Assembly: GCA_964472765.1 (NCBI GenBank) | Contig: CAYYNI010000002.1 | Coordinates: 1 to 34,102, forward strand | Source of the DNA: an uncultured Thermotogaceae bacterium | Lineage (GTDB): Bacteria > Thermotogota > Thermotogae > MWEM01 | Length of the DNA: 34,102 bases | Reading direction: 5' to 3' | In this document: one piece after another, positions 17,266 through 26,771 of the stretch | How positions within the stretch are numbered: position 1 is the first letter of the stretch | How the letters are laid out: each line of letters opens with the position of its first letter | Position numbers and translations under genes: made by a program | Notes under the pieces: generated by a model | Seen by the model: only the letters and a program-made list of their open reading frames with translations | The model's database searches: none | Told to the model about the DNA's origin: nothing

Positions 17266-17271
17266 CAAACT

Positions 17272-18051
17272 ATGGATATCGTTTTACAGAATTGGTTTTT
17301 CTTTAGGTTTATGACTTGGATGGCGATTCTCTCCAGATTTTCAGGCTTGTTTGTGATTGCGCCATTTTTCTCTGGGAACCTTTTTCCCCTTCGGGTTAAA
17401 ATACCTTTGACGGTTACCCTATCTTTTATTGTTCTTTATTTTGTGCCGGATTACATTCCAGTAGATTTACCGGTCGGTGATATAGCAGCGATTATCTTGA
17501 TCAACTTCTTGTATGGTTTTTCAGCAGGACTGATTGCCAATTTGATGTTTTTTGGTCTTCTTTTTGCGGGTGATATCTTCGGGTATCAACTGGGTTTTGC
17601 TGCGGCTAATATCTTTGATCCTCAGAGTCAAACTGAAAGTGTCATTGTCAGTCAACTGGTTTTTTTAACCGGTACTTATATATTTACGATTATCAAAGGT
17701 CCGGTCGTTTTGCTGGGAATCCTGATAGAAAGTTTTAGTCAAGTACCGGCGGGAATCATGGCTTTTGAGAGAGAGTTATCATGGAATCTTTCTTTGGTGT
17801 TGGGTGAAGTTTTTGTATTTGGAATGAAGGTGGGAATGCCCATGATTGTGTTCATGCTATTGGTCACAGTAGTATTGGGAATTATGGCAAAACTGTTACC
17901 TCAATTGAATGTCTTTGTTGTGGGAATTCCTTTAAAAATATTTGTCGGATTGATCATTCTCATTGGGCTTCTGCCGATTCTTGCTGAGACTATGGTAAGA
18001 TATACACAAGAACTGGGGGATTGGATATCAAATACGATGAAAGCCTTTTAA
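17272..18051 (+). CDS. fliR: flagellar type III export apparatus protein FliR
   Basis: 259-aa polytopic membrane protein, 6 nt after fliQ and before flhB. FliR-like blocks are present (RFSGLFVIAPFFS, FGYQLGFAAANIFDPQ). Confidence 0.9.
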   Translation: MDIVLQNWFFFRFMTWMAILSRFSGLFVIAPFFSGNLFPLRVKIPLTVTLSFIVLYFVPDYIPVDLPVGDIAAIILINFLYGFSAGLIANLMFFGLLFAGDIFGYQLGFAAANIFDPQSQTESVIVSQLVFLTGTYIFTIIKGPVVLLGILIESFSQVPAGIMAFERELSWNLSLVLGEVFVFGMKVGMPMIVFMLLVTVVLGIMAKLLPQLNVFVVGIPLKIFVGLIILIGLLPILAETMVRYTQELGDWISNTMKAF

Positions 18052-19154
18052 CAGTTAGATCAAGTGGTTTGAAAATTAATATTCAGTTCTTTGCCAATGA
18101 TCCGGATAAAACCGAAAAAGCCACTCCCAGGAGAAGGCAAAAGGCTAGAGAAGAAGGTCAGGTCTCTTATTCAAAGGATCTCGCTTTGGCAGTGGTCTTT
18201 TTGGGTGTTATCGTCATGTTGCGTTTGATGATTCCGATGGTATACAAGGGTATAGAGCAAATGCTCATCTTTTTTTGTGCTTTACCGGATATTGGCGATT
18301 ATCAGGAATACAGTGCCTTGGGGCACTATTTATCTGCTAACGGCCAGGATTTGATGTGGGGATTGGTGATTATTTTGCTATCGGGTGTGGTCATGGCTAT
18401 CGCCACGGGATTTGCCCAGACAAAAGGGTTGGTCGTTCTAAAAAAAGCGTTTAAATTCGATCTGAAGAAGATAAATCCCATTGAAGGCTTTAAACGGTTG
18501 TTCTCTTTGAGATCAGTGATCGAGTTGCTGAAAAATCTTGCAAAATTGGCCATATTGGGATTTATCGGTTATTCATTTATTAGTGGTGTCTGGTCGGTTC
18601 TTTTCCTGTTGCCGGATTATTCGTTGGAACAATCGTTGATATTTTTAGCTGATTCTTTGTATCAAATGTCGTTGAGGATAGCCATGGCCCTGATTGTTTT
18701 GGGCTTTGTCGATTTTTTTTACCAAAGGTGGGAATTTGAACGGGATATAAAAATGTCCAAAAAAGAAATCAAAGACGAAAGAAAGGATATTGAAGGAAAT
18801 CCGGAGATTAAACGAAAACAGCGACAGATGATGGCGGAGATGTCTCAAAGGAGAATGATGGAAGAAGTGCCGTCTGCTACCGTTGTGGTAACTAACCCGA
18901 CCCATTTGTCCATCGCCATCAAATTCGTATTGGAGAAGATGAATGCTCCCGTAGTCGTGGCGAAAGGTGCCGATCATATCGCCTTCCGGATTCGGGAAAT
19001 TGCAAAAGAGTACCATGTTCCCCTATACGAGGATAAAAAGCTGGCATGGGAACTTTACGAAAGAGTGGAAATCGGCGAGGAGATTCCAAATGATATGTAC
19101 AGGGCAATTGCTGAAGTATTGGCGTTTATTTTTAAAAACTCTGGAAAGGTGTAA
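18021..19154 (+). CDS. flhB: flagellar type III export switch protein FlhB
   Basis: The N-terminal signature is FANDPDKTEKATPRRRQKAREEGQV, followed by 4 TM helices and the NPTH autocleavage site (VVTNPTHLSIA). The start is uncertain. The ORF-track ATG 18021 overlaps fliR by 31 nt. An in-frame TTG at 18069 (MKINIQFFA) would give a more typical N-terminus. Confidence 0.9.
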   Translation: MDIKYDESLLTVRSSGLKINIQFFANDPDKTEKATPRRRQKAREEGQVSYSKDLALAVVFLGVIVMLRLMIPMVYKGIEQMLIFFCALPDIGDYQEYSALGHYLSANGQDLMWGLVIILLSGVVMAIATGFAQTKGLVVLKKAFKFDLKKINPIEGFKRLFSLRSVIELLKNLAKLAILGFIGYSFISGVWSVLFLLPDYSLEQSLIFLADSLYQMSLRIAMALIVLGFVDFFYQRWEFERDIKMSKKEIKDERKDIEGNPEIKRKQRQMMAEMSQRRMMEEVPSATVVVTNPTHLSIAIKFVLEKMNAPVVVAKGADHIAFRIREIAKEYHVPLYEDKKLAWELYERVEIGEEIPNDMYRAIAEVLAFIFKNSGKV

Positions 19155-19157
19155 ACA

Positions 19158-21275
19158 ATGAAAAACCGTGATGTCATCGTTTCGTTAATGATCGTCGGTA
19201 TCATCTTTTTAATGATATTGCCTGTACCCACGTTTTTGCTGGATTCCTTCCAGATGATCAATATATCTTTTTCTCTTGTAATTATTTTATCAACGATGTA
19301 TGTTCGATCGGCGCTTGAATTGTCATCTTTTCCCAGTATTCTTTTGATCATTACTTTGCTGCGTTTGGCATTAAACGTCACTTCGACCAGATTGATTTTA
19401 TTGAACGGGAAAAATTTCGACGGTAAGGTTGTTAGAACTTTTGGTAATTTTGTGGTGAGCGGAAATTATGTTGTGGGATTGATTATCTTTTTGATTCTCG
19501 TCATCATCCAATTTATTGTTATCACAAAAGGTTCCGAGAGAATTTCTGAAGTCGCTGCCCGTTTTACATTAGATGCAATGCCCGGAAAACAAATGAGTGT
19601 TGATGCTGATTATAACGCCGGTTTAATCACTGAAGATGAAGCGAGAAAAAAAAGAGAAGATATTCGCCGTGAAGCTGACTTTTACGGAGCGATGGATGGT
19701 GCCAGTAAGTTTGTTCGTGGAGATGCCATTGCGGGAATTATTATTGTTTTTATTAACATCATCGGCGGTTTGATTATTGGTGTTGTCCAACAGGGGATGG
19801 ACGTGGCGGAAGCTGCACAGGTGTTCACTCTGCTCACAGTTGGAGACGGATTGGCTTCCCAGATACCGGCATTGCTGATTTCAACTTCAAGCGGTATTTT
19901 GGTTTCTAGATCTGCTTCTGAGTCAAACCTGGGGAATGATATGCTTCGTGAATTAGCAGGCGAAACGAAGGTTTTGTATCTGACAGGCGGTGTTTTGGTA
20001 TTCTTGACAGTTTTTACTCCGCTACCTACGATTTTGGGTGTCATTATTGGCGGCGGTTTGATTTTGGTGGCTTATTTTTCATCTCAAAAAGAAAAAGAGG
20101 TAGCGGTTGCACAAACTTCTGGGGGAACAGGGGGCGGCTTTGCCGGCTTGGAAGGGCCTAAGTCAAAAGGACCTTCAGGAGGGGGAGCAGAAGGCGAAAG
20201 CGCACAAATGCCCAGTGCGCCCTCACTCACCTCTGCAGAGGAGGTCTCAGAAATTCTTCAATCGGATACCTTGGATGTGGAATTTGGTTATGGGATTTTG
20301 CCATTGGCTGATCCGGGGCAAGGAGGAGATTTACTGGACAGGATTACGATGGTGAGAAAACAAACCGCATATGAATATGGGCTTATTCTAAGCCCAATCA
20401 GAGTAAGGGATAGCGTATTGTTAAAAGCAAACGAATATATGATAAAATTAAAGGGGACCGAATTAACTAAATACGAATTATGGCCTGATAGATTATTGGC
20501 TATCAATCCGGGAACAGCCCAAGGCATTTTGCCTGGTATAGCCAGCAAAGAACCTGCTTTTGGTTTGAGTGCTTATTGGATTGATGAAAGTCAAAGGGAT
20601 CAAGCAGCCAATCAAGGCTATACCGTGGTAGATCCGCCAAGTGTTTTTGCCACCCATTTTTCAGAAATTGTGAAGCAGCATGCTCATGAATTGTTGGGTA
20701 GAAAGGAAATGGATTTGTTGATCAAAGGATTAAAAGAAAACTTTTCCGAGCTTGCTGATGAAGTGATTCCAGATGTTCTGAAAGTCTATGAAGTTCAGAA
20801 AATCCTCCAAAACCTTTTAAGAGAAAGGGTATCTATTAGAAATTTACCCCTAATCTTTGAGACAATTTCGGAGTATGCCGAGAAAACAAAGGATATTGAT
20901 TATCTTACTGAATTTTCGAGACGTGCTCTTAAAAGGCAAATTTGTATTGCAAACCGATCGGATGATGGCCAGATTCACGCCGTGGGGATTGATCCGAATC
21001 TGGAAAGACAATTGTCTTCACAAATCAGGGAGACGGAAGATGAAAGGTATCTTGCCCTTAATCCTGATATGATGCAGCAATTAGTTGATCGGTTTTCAAA
21101 AGGTGTGGAAAAGATCATGCAGAAGGGTTATATGCCGATTATCGTTTGTTCAGGAAACATCAGGATTTATTTGTACAAAGCTTTAGAAAAGTCTTTGCAG
21201 AGTATTGCCTTTGTATCATATGAAGAATTGGTGGATGATATTCCATTCAGTGTAGAAACGGTGATTAAAATATGA
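19158..21275 (+). CDS. flhA: flagellar type III export gate protein FlhA
   Basis: 705 aa. It carries the conserved loop RFTLDAMPGKQMSVDADYNAG, eight TM helices, and a C-terminal cytoplasmic domain (FGYGILPLAD...). GGAAAGGTG SD lies upstream. Confidence 0.97.
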   Translation: MKNRDVIVSLMIVGIIFLMILPVPTFLLDSFQMINISFSLVIILSTMYVRSALELSSFPSILLIITLLRLALNVTSTRLILLNGKNFDGKVVRTFGNFVVSGNYVVGLIIFLILVIIQFIVITKGSERISEVAARFTLDAMPGKQMSVDADYNAGLITEDEARKKREDIRREADFYGAMDGASKFVRGDAIAGIIIVFINIIGGLIIGVVQQGMDVAEAAQVFTLLTVGDGLASQIPALLISTSSGILVSRSASESNLGNDMLRELAGETKVLYLTGGVLVFLTVFTPLPTILGVIIGGGLILVAYFSSQKEKEVAVAQTSGGTGGGFAGLEGPKSKGPSGGGAEGESAQMPSAPSLTSAEEVSEILQSDTLDVEFGYGILPLADPGQGGDLLDRITMVRKQTAYEYGLILSPIRVRDSVLLKANEYMIKLKGTELTKYELWPDRLLAINPGTAQGILPGIASKEPAFGLSAYWIDESQRDQAANQGYTVVDPPSVFATHFSEIVKQHAHELLGRKEMDLLIKGLKENFSELADEVIPDVLKVYEVQKILQNLLRERVSIRNLPLIFETISEYAEKTKDIDYLTEFSRRALKRQICIANRSDDGQIHAVGIDPNLERQLSSQIRETEDERYLALNPDMMQQLVDRFSKGVEKIMQKGYMPIIVCSGNIRIYLYKALEKSLQSIAFVSYEELVDDIPFSVETVIKI

Positions 21276-22651
21276 AGATAAAAAAATACGTTGTTGATGA
21301 TGTCAAAACAGCACTTAAACGAATAAAAAACGAACTAGGCGAAGATGCGGTCATCTTACAAACCCGTAAATTTAAGAAAGGCGGGTTTTTGGGGATTGGC
21401 AGTAGTATCAAATATGAAGTAACCGCTGTTGCAGATGATCGTGAGAAAAAGAGAGAAAATCGTGTTCAAGAGGGAAAAGGGGAATATGATGGTTGGGTGG
21501 ATAGTAAAAAGCTCTATGAATTAAAGAAGATTCTTTCACAGAACAGCTTGATGAGAAATAGTGAAAATCAGAATAATCAAGCAGTAACATCCAGGAGAAC
21601 TGAATACACACCGTCCATTCCCGAAATAGACTATCAACCTATCTATGAGAAACCAAATATGCAAAATCGGATGCCCGACAGAAATTATAATGCCATGAAT
21701 AATCAGGCCAAAAACAAAGAGGAAACGACGGCGGTTTCTGTTTCCGACTATAAATCGATCAATGAAATGAAAAAAGAAATGTTGTCTATAAAACGGATTA
21801 TGCAGGATTTATCTTTGAAGATGGATAAGGAATCCTATCTTCCTGGAATTCCGGAGGAGTATAAAAAGATTTTCAGGGCTTTAAAAGAGCATGAGATCAA
21901 CGATGATATTGCCAGAAAGGTTGTTGAATCGCTAAGAATTGTGACGCAGGATAAAAACATCAGTACCATGGAATTCGAAAAGAAGTTTGTGGATATTCTA
22001 CATCCCATCATTAAAACGGAAAACCCGCTGAAGGAATACGAAAAAGGGGATATCATTTTTTTTGTAGGCCCGACGGGTGTGGGAAAAACCACAACTTTGA
22101 CTAAAATAGCTGCAATGCTTTCTTTGGAAATGCGTCGTAAGGTTGGTATCCTGACAATTGATACCTATCGTATAGCGGCTGTGGATCAGCTGAAAACCAG
22201 TGCAGATATTATGGGAATTGAAGTAGGTGTGGCGTATAATCCGGGTGAATTAAAGACGATGCTGGATAAATTTGTAAACTATGATCTTATTCTGGTGGAT
22301 ACTGCTGGAAGAAGTCAAAAAAATGATATGCAAATGTCTGAACTGACCCGGTATCTCCAGATTGTCAATCCGAAATTCATTTTCTTGACGGAAAGCATGA
22401 ATGTAAGAAAGAGCGATCTTTTTGAAATCATAGAGCAATTCTCGGTGGTTTCACCAACGCATATCATATTAACCAAATCAGATGAAACCAGTTGTTACGG
22501 TTCAATTGTAGAGATTACTAACAATTATGATATACCCGTTGCTTTTGTGACTAATGGGCAGAGAATACCGGAGGATATTATGGTAGCAGATTCAAAAAGA
22601 CTGGCTTCGATTATTGTTAAAGAGGTGTTAAAAAATGCCCGATCAAACTGA
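21272..22651 (+). CDS. flhF: flagellar SRP-type GTPase FlhF
   Basis: The C-terminal SRP-GTPase domain carries GPTGVGKTTT, DTAGR and TKSDET. The N-terminal B-domain is long and N/Q/K-rich. The ATG overlaps the flhA stop (ATGA). Confidence 0.9.
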   Translation: MKIKKYVVDDVKTALKRIKNELGEDAVILQTRKFKKGGFLGIGSSIKYEVTAVADDREKKRENRVQEGKGEYDGWVDSKKLYELKKILSQNSLMRNSENQNNQAVTSRRTEYTPSIPEIDYQPIYEKPNMQNRMPDRNYNAMNNQAKNKEETTAVSVSDYKSINEMKKEMLSIKRIMQDLSLKMDKESYLPGIPEEYKKIFRALKEHEINDDIARKVVESLRIVTQDKNISTMEFEKKFVDILHPIIKTENPLKEYEKGDIIFFVGPTGVGKTTTLTKIAAMLSLEMRRKVGILTIDTYRIAAVDQLKTSADIMGIEVGVAYNPGELKTMLDKFVNYDLILVDTAGRSQKNDMQMSELTRYLQIVNPKFIFLTESMNVRKSDLFEIIEQFSVVSPTHIILTKSDETSCYGSIVEITNNYDIPVAFVTNGQRIPEDIMVADSKRLASIIVKEVLKNARSN

Positions 22652-23483
22652 GACGCTAAAACAGGTCGTAGCGAGTCAAAATCTTGAAATTATATTAGTG
22701 GCCAGCGGAAAGGGTGGAGTCGGTAAAAGTGTAATAGCGACAAATTTAGCTGTTTCTTTAGCAAGAAATCAGAAAAATGTCCTGCTATTTGATGCAGATG
22801 CAGGTTTTGCGAATGCCGATATTCTTTTGGGGGTTACTACAAAAAATACACTTCGGGATTATCTGATCAGCGATATGGAACTGAAGGATGTCATTTATCC
22901 TACCCGTTATGGCGTTTGGCTTCTGAGTAGCGGTACGGATGTTCAGGATTTGATTGCTTTTCGTAAGGAGCCAAAAACCCGTTTGATTGATGATTTTATG
23001 CATATGGCATTGGATATGAACTATGCTATTGTGGATACCGGTGCCGGCTATACTGAGGAATTATTTTCCTTTTATTCAGCCGCCGATAAACTGTTTCTGG
23101 TTACTACCCCGGAACCCACAGCTCTTATGAATGTCTACACTTTGGCGAAGGTTTTATCCAATAACGGAATTTTTCCTGAGCTGTATCTCATCATGAACCA
23201 ATCAAGAAACACTTCCAAAGATATTAAAGTGTTGGATCGATTTTCATATGTAATAGAGAAATTTGCGGGATGGAAGGTTCAGGAAAGATTTATTCTAAGA
23301 AGTGACAAGACCGTTAGCAACAGTGTGATCAAACAGGTTCCCTTAATTGAGCTGTATAAGCATAGTCAACCGGCTCAAACCATTGCTAGGCTTACGGATC
23401 AGGTGTTAAAAGATAATTCGGAAGAGAAAGATCAGAATGGCGGCTTTTTAACAAAGATTAAAAAGTTGTTTGGTATAAAGTAG
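22635..23483 (+). CDS. flhG: MinD/ParA-family flagellar number regulator FlhG (YlxH/FleN)
   Basis: It has the deviant Walker A (ASGKGGVGKS) and Walker B (IVDTGAG), and sits directly after flhF with a 17-nt overlap. Confidence 0.85.
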   Translation: MPDQTETLKQVVASQNLEIILVASGKGGVGKSVIATNLAVSLARNQKNVLLFDADAGFANADILLGVTTKNTLRDYLISDMELKDVIYPTRYGVWLLSSGTDVQDLIAFRKEPKTRLIDDFMHMALDMNYAIVDTGAGYTEELFSFYSAADKLFLVTTPEPTALMNVYTLAKVLSNNGIFPELYLIMNQSRNTSKDIKVLDRFSYVIEKFAGWKVQERFILRSDKTVSNSVIKQVPLIELYKHSQPAQTIARLTDQVLKDNSEEKDQNGGFLTKIKKLFGIK

Positions 23484-23493
23484 GCTGTTCAAG

Positions 23494-24120
23494 GTGAGCG
23501 AGAAGGAAGAAAAACTATCCTATTTAATGTCCCTGGGTCATTGGCAGGTGTCATTGGAGATGGGAAACAAAAGTATATCAGCCGTTTATATGGGTAAATA
23601 TAAACAGCATTTGCTTTTCGAAACAAGTAAACTTTATGGCAAAAATGAAATTGTCGGTCAAACTATGGCTTTTAAAATTTTTCTGCCATCGTTCTTGATT
23701 TCAGGCTCCGGCGAATGTAGTAAAATTACAGAATGCGAGGGCTTAAGGAACGAATTGGTTGTAAGGTTTATGTTGAGACCGGAGAAATTGAGAATTAGGC
23801 AGCAAAGATGCTTTAAGCGTTTGCCAGTTCTAGAAAAGGGTAAATTGGTGTTAGAACATCAAACAGCCCATGTGATTGTAAAGGACATGTCTTTGCAGGG
23901 AATTGGATTATTTACAATTGAAAGAATTAGAGGCGAATCAGGGACATTGACACTGCTGAAAAACGGATTGGATTTATCGGTGGAAAAAGTCCATGAATTT
24001 ACTGATTTCAACCTTTTTCAATATGGTATGAAGCTAGTTCCCGAACAGAATACTGAGCAACTGAAGGCCTATTTGTTATCGCTTCATGATCAGATTACAA
24101 AAATGGACTTTGTGCTTTAG
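23494..24120 (+). CDS. PilZ domain protein (putative c-di-GMP receptor)
   Basis: 208 aa with a GTG start and a weak SD. The PilZ signature is RCFKR (RxxxR), then 21 residues, then DMSLQG (DxSxxG), at nt 23806-23901. Confidence 0.7.
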   Translation: MSEKEEKLSYLMSLGHWQVSLEMGNKSISAVYMGKYKQHLLFETSKLYGKNEIVGQTMAFKIFLPSFLISGSGECSKITECEGLRNELVVRFMLRPEKLRIRQQRCFKRLPVLEKGKLVLEHQTAHVIVKDMSLQGIGLFTIERIRGESGTLTLLKNGLDLSVEKVHEFTDFNLFQYGMKLVPEQNTEQLKAYLLSLHDQITKMDFVL

Positions 24121-24144
24121 AAATTGAATTTAAGGATTGATATT

Positions 24145-24903
24145 ATGGATTATTTAAGTTCAAAAGTATCAACAGAATCCGTATTATCCATTGGGAAGCC
24201 CTTGCTGCTTGATGTTTCAGATCCCGAATTGGCGGGCGTTTACAAAAGCAGTATTTTTGAGCTGGATTTTCAGAAAAAAGTTATGACGATTGGCATGCCT
24301 AGCTTTAAAGGACAGTTTATTCCTATACCAGCAGGTGTGACTGCTTATGTAAAGATGTTTGATCAAAGCTCTATGTATGTTTTTATGGCTAAAGTGATCG
24401 GTTATGAAAAGAACAAAGAGGGTTTTTTAATAACGTATGTAACCCTTCCCGATCAAGCAAGAAAGATTCAAAGAAGGCAGTTTGTGAGAATTCCTTTTTA
24501 CCAAAAGGGAATTTTTGCTCTCGAACCCTTCCCGCCTGAACCGATGATAAAAGATATGGAAGATCTCAAGGATTTGAAGAATGAGAAAAAAGAAAAAGAG
24601 ATCGAAGTCAATTTCTTTATAACGAAAGATTTAAGTGCGAACGGATTGCAAATGGTTACTAAACCAAGATTAACGGCTGGTTTGAATATCTTTGTTAACT
24701 TGGAAATTGGCGGAGGAATTAACTTAGAAAATCAGGCGGCTAAGATTATTCGAAAAGACGCTTCCGTTGATACGGCTAACAACATATACGGTGTGCAGTT
24801 TTTGTCTATGTCCAAGAGTAAAGAGGATAAATTGGTTAAATATATCTTCCATTTGCAGCAAGAGAGGAGAAAAAAAGAAAAACAATTGAAAGAAGGGAGT
24901 TAA
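24145..24903 (+). CDS. YcgR-like PilZ domain protein (putative flagellar brake / c-di-GMP receptor)
   Basis: The signature QRRQFVR (RRxxxR) ... DLSANG (DxSxxG) lies at nt 24472-24645, preceded by a YcgR-N-like domain of about 110 aa. The ORF track starts at TTG 24124. I prefer ATG 24145, which has AAGGA 8 nt upstream. Confidence 0.75.
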   Translation: MDYLSSKVSTESVLSIGKPLLLDVSDPELAGVYKSSIFELDFQKKVMTIGMPSFKGQFIPIPAGVTAYVKMFDQSSMYVFMAKVIGYEKNKEGFLITYVTLPDQARKIQRRQFVRIPFYQKGIFALEPFPPEPMIKDMEDLKDLKNEKKEKEIEVNFFITKDLSANGLQMVTKPRLTAGLNIFVNLEIGGGINLENQAAKIIRKDASVDTANNIYGVQFLSMSKSKEDKLVKYIFHLQQERRKKEKQLKEGS

Positions 24904-24907
24904 GTTT

Positions 24908-25522
24908 ATGTCAGTTTATGATAAATTAGAATCCATTCACTTAGAAGCAATGAAAGAGATTGGAAACATAGGAACCGGTAATGCAGCGACTGCATTATCT
25001 ACCATGATGAATAAAAAAGTTGAGATTACAGTTCCAAATGTTTCGGTGGTTGAAATTTCCAAAATACCCTTCATGTTTCAGGATCCCGAAAAGGTAACCG
25101 TTGGCATTCAGATGAGCTTTTTTGAAGACTTAAATGGGCAACTCCTTTTGCTGTTTGATGCTGAACCGGCAAAGCAGATTCTGCAGCTGCTCATTGGTCA
25201 GGGAAGTGATGATCTCACTCAGATGGATGAGATGCAAACGTCAGTTTTTTCAGAACTGGGAAATATTGTCTGTGGTTCTTATTTGGTTTCGTTATCCCAA
25301 TTCACGAATTTAAATTTAAATTCAGAAGTGCCACAGGTGACTTTTGATATGGTATCTGCCATTGTAGCAGAAACCTGTTTAACCTATGCAGAAGAGGAAG
25401 ATAAAAGCATTGTTATTGAAACGGAGTTTGAAATTGAATCTCAAATGAACGTTGAAGCATACCTTTTTCAGATCATGGAACCCAATTCCGTTCCGAAACT
25501 GTTAACCAGCATCGGGATGTGA
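24908..25522 (+). CDS. cheC: chemotaxis CheY-P phosphatase CheC
   Basis: 204 aa. The N-terminal signature is EAMKEIGNIGTGNAATALS, with a second internal repeat (SELGNIVCGSY), matching the CheC/FliY duplicated motif. AAGGGAG SD lies upstream. Confidence 0.85.
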   Translation: MSVYDKLESIHLEAMKEIGNIGTGNAATALSTMMNKKVEITVPNVSVVEISKIPFMFQDPEKVTVGIQMSFFEDLNGQLLLLFDAEPAKQILQLLIGQGSDDLTQMDEMQTSVFSELGNIVCGSYLVSLSQFTNLNLNSEVPQVTFDMVSAIVAETCLTYAEEEDKSIVIETEFEIESQMNVEAYLFQIMEPNSVPKLLTSIGM

Positions 25523-25527
25523 ATTGA

Positions 25528-26016
25528 ATGGGACAAAAAAAGATCATCGGTATCGGTGAGTATATTGCCGAGAGAAATCCGCAAATACTGGTTACCCTTG
25601 GTTTAGGTTCTTGTGTGGGTGTCTGTTTGATTGATAAAAAAGCCGGTGTGGGGGGTCTTATTCATATCATGTTGCCTGACAGCGGTGGAAAAGAAGTGGG
25701 TAAACCGGGTAAGTATGCGGATACCGGTATTCCTATTTTAATTGAGGAAATGAAAAGCCTGGGAGCATCCAGCGGAAATCTGGAAGCGAAAATAGCTGGA
25801 GGCGCAGCAATGTTCCAAAAGTCAGGCTCTACGATGGAAGTTGGAAAAAGAAATGTTGAAGCGGTAAGAAAGACACTCTCTAAAATGAGAATCAAGATAA
25901 AAGCCGATGATACAGGTGGAAATCGAGCAAGAAGTATAGAGTTTAATATCTCTACGGGGATCTTAAATGTTAGAAAGGTTGGCGGAGGAGAAAAAACAGA
26001 GATATCTCAAATCTGA
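25528..26016 (+). CDS. cheD: chemoreceptor glutamine deamidase CheD
   Basis: 162 aa. It carries the catalytic Cys context TLGLGSCVGVCL and HIMLP, followed by MFQ...VGKRNVE. It lies directly after cheC. Confidence 0.9.
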   Translation: MGQKKIIGIGEYIAERNPQILVTLGLGSCVGVCLIDKKAGVGGLIHIMLPDSGGKEVGKPGKYADTGIPILIEEMKSLGASSGNLEAKIAGGAAMFQKSGSTMEVGKRNVEAVRKTLSKMRIKIKADDTGGNRARSIEFNISTGILNVRKVGGGEKTEISQI

Positions 26017-26026
26017 GGTGTTGTAG

Positions 26027-26770
26027 ATGAATTCTAATTCCTATGGAAAATATCAGAAAAATATGACTTCGAATGAAATGATTAAACATTTCCTTCCGCG
26101 AATAAAAGCCATAGCAATTTCGCTAAAAAGTTCATTACCGGAAAACGTTGAATTAGATGATTTGATCCAGGAAGGATTAATCGGATTGCTAAATGTTCGT
26201 GAAAGATATGACCCTATGCGGGGAGCCAGTTTTTTTACTTTTGCCATGAAAAGGGTAAGAGGCGCTATGTACGATTATCTGAGAAAGATCGATTGGATTC
26301 CCCGAAATACAAGGCATTTGATGAAAACGGTAGAAGCGGCCATGATTGAGCTTCAGAGCGAGGACGGTGAGATTCCCAGCAACGAGCGCCTCCAAAAACA
26401 CCTTGGTTTAAGTGAGAAAGAGGTTACCCTGGCAATGAACGAAATGTCCAGAAGACAGTTGTTGAACTTAGATGGATTTCTATCCGATGATACGGATGAT
26501 TTTACAGAAATCTTTTCAGCGAAAGCCGATACCCCTGAAGAATTGTATTTTAAAGAAGAACTCATCGACCATCTTAAAGAGGAAATTGAATTGCTAAAAG
26601 AACGAGAACGTCAGATTTTGTCGTTGTATTACGTCGAAGAATTGAACTTTAAAGAGATTGCTCAGATTTTATCTGTGACTGAATCCAGAATCTCTCAAAT
26701 TCACAGGAGTATTATGCTTAAATTAAAGGAAAGAATGAATCTTTTCCTTGGAAGGCAAGAGGCGGATTAA
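26027..26770 (+). CDS. fliA: flagellar RNA polymerase sigma-28 factor FliA/SigD
   Basis: 247 aa. It has region 2 (DDLIQEGLIGLLNVRERYDP, FFTFAMKRVRGAMYDYLR) and a region 4 helix-turn-helix (LNFKEIAQILSVTESRISQIH). GAGGTG SD lies upstream. Confidence 0.92.
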   Translation: MNSNSYGKYQKNMTSNEMIKHFLPRIKAIAISLKSSLPENVELDDLIQEGLIGLLNVRERYDPMRGASFFTFAMKRVRGAMYDYLRKIDWIPRNTRHLMKTVEAAMIELQSEDGEIPSNERLQKHLGLSEKEVTLAMNEMSRRQLLNLDGFLSDDTDDFTEIFSAKADTPEELYFKEELIDHLKEEIELLKERERQILSLYYVEELNFKEIAQILSVTESRISQIHRSIMLKLKERMNLFLGRQEAD

Positions 26771-26771
26771 A

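Noticed and set aside
22815-22822. An exact sigma-28 (SigD-type) -10 element, GCCGATAT, inside flhG. A similar GCCGATAA lies at 23082-23089.
   Set aside because: No TAAA -35 element sits at the required spacing of about 15-16 nt upstream of either site. Both are in-frame coding sequence (FANADIL and SAADKLF), so they are probably chance matches.
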